Notes: generated by a model not told the origin, from the sequence alone. A DNA stretch of 64,000 nt from Gammaproteobacteria bacterium (GCA_024224415.1 JAAENK010000087.1:356-64355), one strand, 5' to 3'; shown: positions 17,598 to 26,428, counted from the stretch's first letter. A program made the numbers and translations.

Positions 17598-20304
17598 GCA
17601 CCCGCCTGGCTTCTCGGTCATAGAAACAACTGGTGCCGACAATGACTTCAACCGAGCAATTATTTACTGGTGATACCGCCCAAAGCTTTTGCCCCATGCG
17701 CTGCTGCCCGTTTTGCAATAGTGCGAGTGCAATGGAATGACCCAGCGTCGGGCTTTCTACCGCTGCTGTTAGTCTGCCCTGTGATTGTTGGTGAATACCA
17801 TGGCGCCATGCACTCTCGGTCAAATGTGCGCCTGGCGGTATTGTTGAGCAGCCATCGGCGGGTTTCAAACCCACCAGCTGCAGGCGGTTTTGTTGTTGTA
17901 AAGCAGGGCGTTGCAACAGGCTTGAACCGATGAATGTTTTACGCGTCGATACCATTTTTCCAAGACCCAGGTCGGCAGCTGTAGTGCGCCCATCAATTTC
18001 GGTGCCGACGGCAAGGTGTCCTTTTTCGATTCGCAGTAAATCAAGGGTTTCGAGGCCGTAAGGAGTAATGCCGTATTTTGCACCGTATTCCATTACCAGT
18101 TTAAATAGTTGCTCGGCGTAGCCTGCAGGCAGGTTAATTTCGTAGCTGAGTTCACCTGAAAAGCTCACAGAAAATACACGGCAGGGGATGTATTTGTGCA
18201 ATATCCCCTGTCGCACCGATGCAAAGGAAAAGCTGGTTTTATCGACTTTGAAATCTGGTTGCAGGTCGGCCAGTAAATTCCTTGACTCTGGTCCTGCGAT
18301 GGCAAGCGATGCCCAATGCTCGGTGACCGAGGTGAGTTGTACATCGAGGTCTGGCCAATGCAGTTGGGCCAGCTTGTTCAACCAGCGCCAGCTTTGCTCG
18401 GCATTAGCTGTTGTCATTGTCACCAGAAAGTGATTTTCGGCTAGCATGGACACGGTTCCATCGTCGTAGACAATGCCGTCTTCGCGTAGCAACAAAACAT
18501 AGCGCAACCGACCTGGCCTGATGTTATCGATATTGTTGCAATAAATCCGCGACAGGAATTCGAGTGCATCGCGGCCCTTAACATCGACCTTGCCCAGCGT
18601 GGACATATCGACACAGCCAACTGCGGATCGAACTGCTTGAGCCTCGCGTAGTATGGACTCAGCCATGGATTCGCTACCGACCCTGAAGTAACGCGAGTAT
18701 GCCCAGTTTCCGGAAGCCTGAAAAACACAACCTGCCTGTTCGAAGGCCTGGTGGAAGGGCGTGCACCTGGTCGGTAGCATATGCTTGCCGGTTTCTGCTC
18801 CAGCCAGTGCCCCAAAGCTGATGGGTGAATAAGGTGGGCGAAAGCTGGTGAGACCGATAGCATCTGGCTTCTTCCCCGACAGACCGGCAAGTTCATCAAT
18901 CGCATTCGGCCAGCTGGTCTTGCCCTGATCCGTCCCCATGCCCAACGTTGTGTAACGCTTTGCCAGCTCGATATGTTGGTAGCCTTCCTGTACCGCAAGT
19001 TCAAGATCACGATGGGTTACATCGTTTTGAAAATCGATAAAGGCTTTGCCCTGATGAGGATGGTGTGATTCGACTTTCTTTATTTGTTGAAGCCTTCTTT
19101 GTTGCAGAGCTGCTGCAAAAATGGAGCTATCACCTAACTGAGCAGATAACTGTGCATTCGGCACCCACCCGCTGGATATACAGAGCAAGTCGCATTTAAC
19201 GGATTTCTTTTGTCCATACTTGTCGAGTAGTTGAACACTACGCAACCGTTGCCACCCACTACTACCGATGATTTGATCGCCATCGCCAGTACCACCAACA
19301 ATTTCGATGCCTGCATGCAGCAGGGCTTCTCTGGTGAGTGTGCATTCTTCTGCATCGGCAATCGCAAGAAAGGCTCGTTTGCCAGGACAGACGGCGTAGC
19401 GATAAATATATTGTCGTACCGATGCGGCGAGCATAATCCCGGGGCGATCATTATCGGCAAAAACCAGGGGCTGCTCGGTGGCACCGGTTGCAAATACGAC
19501 ACGTCTGGCACGAATGCGCCAGTAGATGGCTTCGACACTGTCATTCCTGTGCTCGACTGCGAGTATCAATCCATGGTCGTAGTGTCCAAAGGCCAGTGTG
19601 TTGATCAGGCACCGTAGATTGGGTATCTGCTCCAGCTTTGCCGTAGTGGAATGTGAATCCATATCTGGCTTTTCCCACAAAATCGAACCACCCAGCCGGT
19701 CGTCCTGTTCTATCAACATAACCGAAGCATCAGACTCGACAGCAGCCAGTGCAGCCTTTATGCCTGATGGCCCGGAACCAATCACCAGGGTGTCACAGCT
19801 AACGTTTCTTTTGTCATAAAGTTTGGTATCGGCCTGGCAAGAAACTCGCCCCTGTCCTGCGGAATGACGAATAAGTTTTTCGTATACTCCGAGCCACCAC
19901 TGGCGTGGCCACATAAAAGTCTTATAGTAAAATCCGGCAATGAGCAGGGATGAGCCGAGCTGCAATAAAGCGCCCAAATCAAACTTCGGACCAGGCCAGC
20001 AGTTCTGGCTTTGTATCACCATATTATTTTTCAGGCGAATTTCGGTTGCCTTCAGGTTGGGTATCATCACACTGCGACCATCATCGCAGGCAACCAGTGC
20101 ACAAGGTTCTTCCAGACCAGCGGAGAGAATGCCTCGGGGTCGGTGATATTTAATCGACCTGGCAATAAGGTTAATGTTATTGGCAAGTAGTGCCGATGCC
20201 AGGCTGTCGCCTTCGTACCCGCTCAGGGGTAGGTTGTTGAATTTGAAATGCACAGGTTTTTGCCGATCGATTAAACCTCCTGATTTCAATCGATGTACCT
20301 GCAT
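17590..20304 (-). CDS. soxA: Sarcosine oxidase alpha subunit
   Basis: Blocks GDSLASALLANNINLIARSIKYHRPRGILSAG..EEPCALV, SQNCWP and VIGSGPSGIKAALAA, plus a C-terminal GcvT-like domain. At 904 aa it is somewhat shorter than the roughly 960-1000 aa I recall for characterised SoxA. Confidence 0.9.
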   Translation of the reverse strand: MQVHRLKSGGLIDRQKPVHFKFNNLPLSGYEGDSLASALLANNINLIARSIKYHRPRGILSAGLEEPCALVACDDGRSVMIPNLKATEIRLKNNMVIQSQNCWPGPKFDLGALLQLGSSLLIAGFYYKTFMWPRQWWLGVYEKLIRHSAGQGRVSCQADTKLYDKRNVSCDTLVIGSGPSGIKAALAAVESDASVMLIEQDDRLGGSILWEKPDMDSHSTTAKLEQIPNLRCLINTLAFGHYDHGLILAVEHRNDSVEAIYWRIRARRVVFATGATEQPLVFADNDRPGIMLAASVRQYIYRYAVCPGKRAFLAIADAEECTLTREALLHAGIEIVGGTGDGDQIIGSSGWQRLRSVQLLDKYGQKKSVKCDLLCISSGWVPNAQLSAQLGDSSIFAAALQQRRLQQIKKVESHHPHQGKAFIDFQNDVTHRDLELAVQEGYQHIELAKRYTTLGMGTDQGKTSWPNAIDELAGLSGKKPDAIGLTSFRPPYSPISFGALAGAETGKHMLPTRCTPFHQAFEQAGCVFQASGNWAYSRYFRVGSESMAESILREAQAVRSAVGCVDMSTLGKVDVKGRDALEFLSRIYCNNIDNIRPGRLRYVLLLREDGIVYDDGTVSMLAENHFLVTMTTANAEQSWRWLNKLAQLHWPDLDVQLTSVTEHWASLAIAGPESRNLLADLQPDFKVDKTSFSFASVRQGILHKYIPCRVFSVSFSGELSYEINLPAGYAEQLFKLVMEYGAKYGITPYGLETLDLLRIEKGHLAVGTEIDGRTTAADLGLGKMVSTRKTFIGSSLLQRPALQQQNRLQLVGLKPADGCSTIPPGAHLTESAWRHGIHQQSQGRLTAAVESPTLGHSIALALLQNGQQRMGQKLWAVSPVNNCSVEVIVGTSCFYDREARRVHE

Positions 20305-20495
20305 TAACTTTCGATCTCGTGGTTATTTGGGTTTCGGCATATTTCTATCCAGCTTTCACAGCCTGCCTGGTGATACCAGATCTCCTGAATAGTTTCACTG
20401 GTATTGCCCGGGTCAGGAGACCGGGTTGAGCGGCCACCATAGTGAAATTCACTCTGGTCGCGTTCACCGCAGTGGGGGCAGGGGATTAGTAGCAT
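20304..20495 (-). CDS. soxD: Sarcosine oxidase delta subunit, short variant (63 aa)
   Basis: MLLIPCPHCGERDQSEFHYGG is the canonical SoxD N-terminus. A later WYHQAGCESW retains a His-x3-Cys pair. It shares 1 nt with the soxA start. Confidence 0.8.
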   Translation of the reverse strand: MLLIPCPHCGERDQSEFHYGGRSTRSPDPGNTSETIQEIWYHQAGCESWIEICRNPNNHEIES

Positions 20496-20499
20496 CGCA

Positions 20500-21753
20500 T
20501 CAATGCAACCAGGGATAGGGGCCGATACCGGCGTCGTCTATTAAAGCTCCACTTTCAAAACGACTTAGTGCGAATGGTTGAAGCATGGCAGGCAATTTCC
20601 CATCTGCCAGTAGTTCAGCCATTGTCCAGCCAACCGCCGGAGTAGCCTTGAAACCTGCGTAACCCCAGCCACAATTTAAAAACAGATTATCGACAGGCGT
20701 ACCCCCGACGATGGCATTGCCATCCATGGGTATATCCGCAGAACCAGACCAGTGCCGCATCAGTCGTAAGTGGGAAATGAATGGGAAAAGCTGGATAGCG
20801 CGGGTCACTGTATCTTCGATGCTGGAGAAAGAACCACGTCGTGCTGAGGAGATATATCCATCAGTAGCACCACCCATGACCAATTCACCTTTATCGGATT
20901 GGCTGAGGTATGACAGTCCGGCATTGTAATTTACCACCGTATCAAGTACTGGCTTCAATGGCTCTGAGACAAAAGCCTGAACGTTGATCAATTCCATCGG
21001 CACGCTGACCCCGGCCATTTGTGCAAGATGTGAAGAGGTGCCAGCAGCGGAAATGAAAACCTTGTCGCATTCTATGCTTCCTGCATCAGTGTCGATTTCG
21101 CATATACGACTGTTAGTAACAGAGAGTCCCGTTACTGCACAGTTCTGTACGATGTCGATGCCTGCCTTGCTGGCAGAGCGAGCAAAACCCCAGGCCACTG
21201 CGTCGTGACGTACTACACCAGCATCGGGCTGGAACAGGGCTCCGCTAATGGGGAAGCGTGCTTTTTTACCGAGATAAATACCTGGTATTCGTTCAGCTAT
21301 TTCAGCGCAGGATAGAATCTCGGCCTGTGCGCCACTCAGACGCATGGCGTTTGCTCTTGATAGAAAATCCTCTAGCTCACCGTCAGAATGTGCCAGATCA
21401 AAGTAACCCCTGGGCGAGTACATCAGGTTGAAATTCAAATCCTGACTGAGAGACTTCCACAATTGCAGCGCAAAATTCTTTAATTCAAAACTGGCATTGA
21501 GTAAGTAATCCGATCTGACGATGGTGGTGTTTCTGCCAGTATTGCCACCTCCGATCCAGCCCCGGTCGATTACCAGTACGTCGGTTATGTTATGGTTTCT
21601 TGCCAGGTAATGCGCGGTGGCGAGGCCATGTCCACCGGCACCGATAATAATAGTCTTATAACTGGACTTTGGGCGCTTCTGCGGCACAATTCCAGGCCAG
21701 TTCCGGTGACCCTGGAGTGCATTCTTTAGCAGAGAGAATCCGGAATATTTCAT
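20500..21753 (-). CDS. soxB: Sarcosine oxidase beta subunit (FAD)
   Basis: 417 aa. YKTIIIGAGGHGLATAHYLARNH is followed by a DAO-family body. The gene order soxB-D-A-G is conserved. Confidence 0.9.
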   Translation of the reverse strand: MKYSGFSLLKNALQGHRNWPGIVPQKRPKSSYKTIIIGAGGHGLATAHYLARNHNITDVLVIDRGWIGGGNTGRNTTIVRSDYLLNASFELKNFALQLWKSLSQDLNFNLMYSPRGYFDLAHSDGELEDFLSRANAMRLSGAQAEILSCAEIAERIPGIYLGKKARFPISGALFQPDAGVVRHDAVAWGFARSASKAGIDIVQNCAVTGLSVTNSRICEIDTDAGSIECDKVFISAAGTSSHLAQMAGVSVPMELINVQAFVSEPLKPVLDTVVNYNAGLSYLSQSDKGELVMGGATDGYISSARRGSFSSIEDTVTRAIQLFPFISHLRLMRHWSGSADIPMDGNAIVGGTPVDNLFLNCGWGYAGFKATPAVGWTMAELLADGKLPAMLQPFALSRFESGALIDDAGIGPYPWLH

Positions 21754-21758
21754 CTGCT

Positions 21759-23363
21759 TTAGCTACATAACCATTCATCGTTCTCCATGACTACAATAAT
21801 AGTAGGACCCTTATGATCAAAAGCCTGGTTTAATGCCTGTTTGAAAGTAGATTCATCAGAGGCTTGTATGGCGGGACAGCCGAACGCGTCTGCGAGTTTA
21901 ATGAAATCTGGTGCTTTGGGATTAACACCAATTTCAGGAATGCCGCGCTTTACCATGCCGTCACGAATCATTGCATAGCAGTGGTTGTGCCAGATGATTA
22001 TCGGTATGCAAAGTTCTTCTTCGACCGCAGTGGCGAGTTCGTTAACGGTGAACATGAAACCACCATCGCCAACAAGCGCAACAACCTGTCTCTCGGGTAA
22101 TGCCAGTTTGGCCCCAATAGCATCGGGTAGTGCACAACCCAATGTGCCGAAACCAGCTGGATAAAACCAGGTACGTGGTAGCATGGTTTTCATAGCTGCC
22201 GTTCCGGTATAAACCAGTTGGGTTATGTCACCCATTATCACTGCATCATCGGATAAGACATCACGTAAAGCGTTGAGTACGGTGATGTGTTGTCTTTCCA
22301 GGGGCGTAAAGTCTTCGAACTGCTGAGCTCGCAGTTGTTTGAGTTGGGGCAGAATGTCGACTCCCGCAGTATTAATGCTTTTGTCCGCAAGCTTTGCGAG
22401 TAAATCAGAGCAGGCTGCTGCGGCATCACCCAGGATCGCAATGCTTGCCGGGAAGGCATCGTTAAAACGCGCGGGGTCTATATCGATTCGAATTACTTTG
22501 CCGTTAACCGGTAAGTCATAAATAAAACTGTCTGCCTCGGACATCTCTGTGCCGATAGCCAGCACAACCTCGGCCTGTGCCAGCCATGCCTGGATTGCCG
22601 GACTGATTACACCGCCACCCAGGCTAAGTGGGTTGCTATCTGCAACAACTCCCTTCCCCGCATTCGAAGCGATAACTCCAACGTGAAGACGCTCGGCGAG
22701 TTGTGTTATTTCGCGGCTGGCCTGTTGCGCACCACCACCCACCATCATCACAGTATGCTGTGAACTGGCCAAAAGTTGTGTAGCCCTGTTAATCGATTCC
22801 GCCGCAGGGACCGGCAGCACAGGCATTTCAGCTGCTTGCCAGTCATCGTTAACCGGCATTTCCATTACATCAATCGGAATCGCTATGTGAACAGGACGCG
22901 GGCGGCCGGAGCGAAATACGCAAAAGGCCTGGGCGATCAATTCTGGAATTTCTGACGGATCGTGCACCATCGTGCTGCTTGCGGTAATTGGTCGGGTAAT
23001 GGCACAAAGGTCGGTGGTTTCGTGCAAGCGTCCCCAACCCTTGCCGAGTGATGGACTGTCATTTGCACTGGAGATCACCAGCATTGGTATTGAATCAGCA
23101 TAAGCCTGGCCGATACCGGTAGAGGCATTAGTCACTCCGGGACCTGTGATTAAAGTGCAGACACCTGGATTGCCGGTTACTCTTGCATAACCATCGGCCA
23201 TGAAACTGGCACCCTGCTCGTTGCGAGGCGTCACAGCGCGTATATTGCTTTGCTCAATACCCCGATAAAGTTCGAGTGTGTGATCCCCTGGAATACCGAA
23301 AACCATGGAGACACCGTAGGCTTCGAGTAACTGCATCAGAGCTATACCGCAGGATTTATTCAT
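21759..23363 (-). CDS. Thiamine-diphosphate-dependent decarboxylase of the acetolactate-synthase superfamily, AruI (5-guanidino-2-oxopentanoate decarboxylase)-like
   Basis: 534 aa. LLEAYGVSMVFGIPGDHTLELYRG, TPRNEQGASFMADGYARVTGNPGVCTLITGPGVTNASTGIGQAYADSIPMLVISS and the ThDP motif GDGGF...N are present. The N-terminal third closely resembles my recollection of P. aeruginosa AruI. Confidence 0.75.
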   Translation of the reverse strand: MNKSCGIALMQLLEAYGVSMVFGIPGDHTLELYRGIEQSNIRAVTPRNEQGASFMADGYARVTGNPGVCTLITGPGVTNASTGIGQAYADSIPMLVISSANDSPSLGKGWGRLHETTDLCAITRPITASSTMVHDPSEIPELIAQAFCVFRSGRPRPVHIAIPIDVMEMPVNDDWQAAEMPVLPVPAAESINRATQLLASSQHTVMMVGGGAQQASREITQLAERLHVGVIASNAGKGVVADSNPLSLGGGVISPAIQAWLAQAEVVLAIGTEMSEADSFIYDLPVNGKVIRIDIDPARFNDAFPASIAILGDAAAACSDLLAKLADKSINTAGVDILPQLKQLRAQQFEDFTPLERQHITVLNALRDVLSDDAVIMGDITQLVYTGTAAMKTMLPRTWFYPAGFGTLGCALPDAIGAKLALPERQVVALVGDGGFMFTVNELATAVEEELCIPIIIWHNHCYAMIRDGMVKRGIPEIGVNPKAPDFIKLADAFGCPAIQASDESTFKQALNQAFDHKGPTIIVVMENDEWLCS

Positions 23364-23461
23364 GAATCACCCCCTGTTTTTTTTCAATTCCAGCTTATAC
23401 TCATTTGCTAACAATAAAACTTAGTATTAGCAGTCATGCTGAATATAAGGAAATCGTACTT

Positions 23462-24664
23462 ATGAAAGTAACAGCTTACCTGAAAATTCTTGCCGAGAGG
23501 GATGGCTCAGACCTTTATTTTTCCACGGGTGCCAGGCCCAGTGCGAAATTTAACGGCGTATTAACGCCTTTGGGTAAGGATTCTGCGCCACCGGGATGGG
23601 TCGATTCACTTGCGATGGAAATAATGGATGATAAGCAGAAAAAAGAATTTGCGGAAAAACCCGAGATGAATCTAGCGCTATCATTAAGCAATATCGGTCG
23701 TTTTCGGGTCAACATTTTTAAACAACGCAATGAAACAGCGATGGTGATTCGTAATATTGTCACCGATATTCCAAAAATTGATGACCTTGGCCTCCCCGAG
23801 GTGTTGAAAAAAGTCATCATGACCAAGCGTGGACTGGTTCTCTTTGTGGGCGGCACTGGTTCGGGTAAATCGACATCGCTGGCGGCGTTAATCGATCACC
23901 GGAATACGCATTCGAAAGGTCATATCATCACGATCGAAGATCCGGTTGAATATATCCATCAACACAAGGGCTGTATTGTGAATCAGCGCGAAGTCGGAGT
24001 AGATACAGACTCATTTGCTGACGCCCTGAAGAACACCTTGCGCCAGGCGCCAGACGTGATATTGATCGGTGAAATTCGTGACCGGGAAACCATGGAGCAT
24101 GCCCTCGCATTTGCCGAGACCGGGCATCTGGCAATTTCAACTCTGCACGCGAATAATGCCAATCAGGCATTAGATCGCATCATCAATTTCTTTCCCGAAG
24201 AGCGTCACAGTCAATTGCTAAGTGACCTGTCTATCAACCTTAATTCCTTCGTTTCACAAAGATTGATTCCCACCATCGATAACAAGCGTTGCGCGGCGAT
24301 AGAAGTGTTACTCAATTCCGGGCGTGTCGCAGATTTGATATTGCAGGGTGCGGTAACCGAGATTAAGGAAGTCATGGAAAAGTCCGAAGCGATGGGTATG
24401 CAGACGTTCGATACAGCGTTATATCACCTCTATAACAATGGCAAGATTAGTCTCGAGGAGGCGTTGAAGAATGCTGATGCCGAAAACAACCTTCGCTTGC
24501 GCATCGAACTATCGGCCAAGGCGGATGATGCTAGTATAGCCAGAGCAAGCAGTACCATGGATGGATTAAGCCTGGTTGAACATGAAATTGAAGAAGAGGA
24601 GGAAGAAGCAGAACATGTTGGGGGGCAGTATGATTTTGATAGTAAAGATTCAGCTCCGCAATAA
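23462..24664 (+). CDS. pilU: Type IV pilus retraction-ATPase family protein PilU
   Basis: Near-collinear with P. aeruginosa PilU (GSDLYFSTGARPSAKFNG, GIGRFRVN-type block, Walker A GGTGSGKSTSLAA, IITIEDPVEYIHQH, TLRQAPDVILIGEIRDRETMEHALAFAETGHL, TLHANNANQALDRIINFF). The start was trimmed to MKVTAYL. It has an acidic C-terminal tail. Confidence 0.88.
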   Translation: MKVTAYLKILAERDGSDLYFSTGARPSAKFNGVLTPLGKDSAPPGWVDSLAMEIMDDKQKKEFAEKPEMNLALSLSNIGRFRVNIFKQRNETAMVIRNIVTDIPKIDDLGLPEVLKKVIMTKRGLVLFVGGTGSGKSTSLAALIDHRNTHSKGHIITIEDPVEYIHQHKGCIVNQREVGVDTDSFADALKNTLRQAPDVILIGEIRDRETMEHALAFAETGHLAISTLHANNANQALDRIINFFPEERHSQLLSDLSINLNSFVSQRLIPTIDNKRCAAIEVLLNSGRVADLILQGAVTEIKEVMEKSEAMGMQTFDTALYHLYNNGKISLEEALKNADAENNLRLRIELSAKADDASIARASSTMDGLSLVEHEIEEEEEEAEHVGGQYDFDSKDSAPQ

Positions 24665-24775
24665 ACCAGTTCGGTCATCATCGCTACAGCATGACCATCC
24701 GGTTGCACAATATTCATCAATGCGGTGAGTGGTTAGAGTTCTTTGCGCTGCCCGAGTTTTGACCCCTGATGCACT
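24660..24775 (-). pseudogene. Relic fragment of a C45/acyltransferase paralog, homologous to the central part of the gene at 31466..32512
   Basis: 24672-24770 aligns by eye at roughly 75 percent nucleotide identity with 32079-32185, including the identical runs gcatgaccatc and aatattcatcaat. The fragment translates as ..MNIVQPDGHAVAMMTE.. against the intact ..[16 protein letters not shown]... A 1-nt deletion puts a TGA-TGA stop pair into the upstream [11 protein letters not shown]-equivalent part. The fragment has no start codon and no 5' or 3' remainder. Confidence 0.6.
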
Positions 24776-24893
24776 GAAATTTTTCAAATACCCCGATTTG
24801 CGAAAATTGGTTTTTGCCAGCTTTGGATTATCTCATATGCAAATCCCGCCTGAATCCAAAATGATTGCTTCCTGATTACAGTGTCGTATTAGC

Positions 24894-25829
24894 TTACAAC
24901 CCAATTCCACTAGTCCCTTTATTCGAAAATGATAAATACTGCTGCACGAAGTCAAAATCAGCGAGCTGGATAAAAGCATCTGTAAGGCGAGAGGTAATTG
25001 GCCCTGGAATAGTGGATGCGTAGCTTCTACCGTTTAGTGACTTTACTGGGCAAATGCATAAGCTGGTGGAGGTAAAAAACGCCTCATCAGCCAACATAGC
25101 AAATTCAGGAGAAATGCCACATTCTCGAATTTCAATTCCAAGGCTATTGCAAAGTTCGATTACTACCTCGCGACTCACACCTGCGAGCACAAAATCAGCT
25201 TCAGGAGTGAACACGATACCATCTTTAACGATGAAAAAATTACACCCGGCTCCCTCAGCAAGATTTCCCTCAGAGTCAGGCATTATTGCCCATCCTGCTG
25301 GGTAAGATGACTGTACCTCTTGCTGAGCGAGCATCATGTTCAAATAGTTATTCGTTTTGGCATTTGGGGACAACGCTTCTGGGGCAATCTTTGGTCGTTT
25401 TGAAACAATAGCTTCAATACCGCACTTAAATAATGAGGATCTGGATCTAAGCGGTAAAGGTATGCAATCGATAATTACTGTCGGACCTTTGTAGGCGGCT
25501 ATCTCTCCATCTAGCTGTTGGACTCCCGCAGTCACCCGTTGCGTAACCCAGTAATCTTCCCCATCACTTAATACCGAAAGATTTTGTGCTACGACCTCTT
25601 CAGTAGCAGCAATAATCTCGGTGTCGCTCAGGTTTAAATGGATACCAATATAATCAAGGCTTTGAAGGAGACGATCAATATGTTGTTGAAGTCGAAATAT
25701 TTTGCCCCCAAAGGTTCTCGAAGTATCAAATACGCAACTACCATAGACGAGCCCCAAATCACGAATTGAAATCATAGCCTTACTTTCTTTAACTAGCTCA
25801 CCATTAACATAGGCAACTCGCTCTACCAT
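24894..25829 (-). CDS. Class IV (branched-chain/D-amino-acid) aminotransferase family protein
   Basis: From MVERVAYVNGELV: ISIRDLGLVYGSCVFDTSRTFGGKIFRLQQHIDRL is the fold-type IV signature region, and the length (about 311 aa) fits. The track start at 25934 is probably an over-extension. Confidence 0.72.
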   Translation of the reverse strand: MVERVAYVNGELVKESKAMISIRDLGLVYGSCVFDTSRTFGGKIFRLQQHIDRLLQSLDYIGIHLNLSDTEIIAATEEVVAQNLSVLSDGEDYWVTQRVTAGVQQLDGEIAAYKGPTVIIDCIPLPLRSRSSLFKCGIEAIVSKRPKIAPEALSPNAKTNNYLNMMLAQQEVQSSYPAGWAIMPDSEGNLAEGAGCNFFIVKDGIVFTPEADFVLAGVSREVVIELCNSLGIEIRECGISPEFAMLADEAFFTSTSLCICPVKSLNGRSYASTIPGPITSRLTDAFIQLADFDFVQQYLSFSNKGTSGIGL

Positions 25830-25969
25830 TTCATTCTCTGCTATTTTCAACTTTGATACCTCTGCAAATTCTATATGTGTCTGCTTCGTGTCGCACGTAC
25901 TCCTGGCCGCTCCGTGTACGCCTTCAAGATACAAATTTCAATGACGGCTTTCCAGACTGCGGCGTTATG

Positions 25970-26428
25970 TTATTCACTGCAATTTCCTTTTTTCGCCATC
26001 TTCAGGCTTTTCACATCCTCCTTACCTTTGGCCTCATCAACTAACTCTACTCCAGCACCACCAACAAGTAGTCCCATTTTTATATATTGACGAATAAAAT
26101 AATGCATACCACTCTTTGCTTTAACTAGTAGGTCATTGGGGGAGAATTCAGATTCTGTAGAAACCTTATGATCTTCCTCCCCTTTTACTTCTTCGTAGAA
26201 AAATATATTAGGAGCAGTTTCTCCAATACACTTCCCGTCAACCCATACGTCTTTTTTTAATGCGCCACCAAAACTACCAGAACGATAGATATATAGTCCG
26301 GCATTCCCGTCAGACGGAGGAATAAACTTTTTTGCCACTTCTGTCTTTTCATCGCTAACCATTGGAACTGATGCACACCCTGTAAATATAGGAAAAAGCA
26401 AAGTGATCAACATTAGTTTTTTGTACAT
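25970..26428 (-). CDS. Lipoprotein, DUF2846-like
   Basis: MYKKLMLITLLFPIFTGCAS is a lipobox signal peptide, and a strong SD (AAGGAG) lies 6 nt upstream of this ATG. AGLYIYRSGSFGG resembles DUF2846. The gene is AT-rich relative to its neighbours. Confidence 0.55.
   Translation of the reverse strand: MYKKLMLITLLFPIFTGCASVPMVSDEKTEVAKKFIPPSDGNAGLYIYRSGSFGGALKKDVWVDGKCIGETAPNIFFYEEVKGEEDHKVSTESEFSPNDLLVKAKSGMHYFIRQYIKMGLLVGGAGVELVDEAKGKEDVKSLKMAKKGNCSE

Noticed and set aside
24580-24620. Short repetitive tracts: the GAA/GAG run (EEEEEE) in the pilU tail, the Lys/Arg/Glu-rich DeaD C-terminus (57230-57720) and the CCT repeat at 13081-13096. I considered these as possible repeat arrays.
   Set aside because: The first two are in-frame low-complexity coding tails typical of these protein families. 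None shows a spacer-repeat organisation. I saw no CRISPR-like periodicity anywhere in the window.
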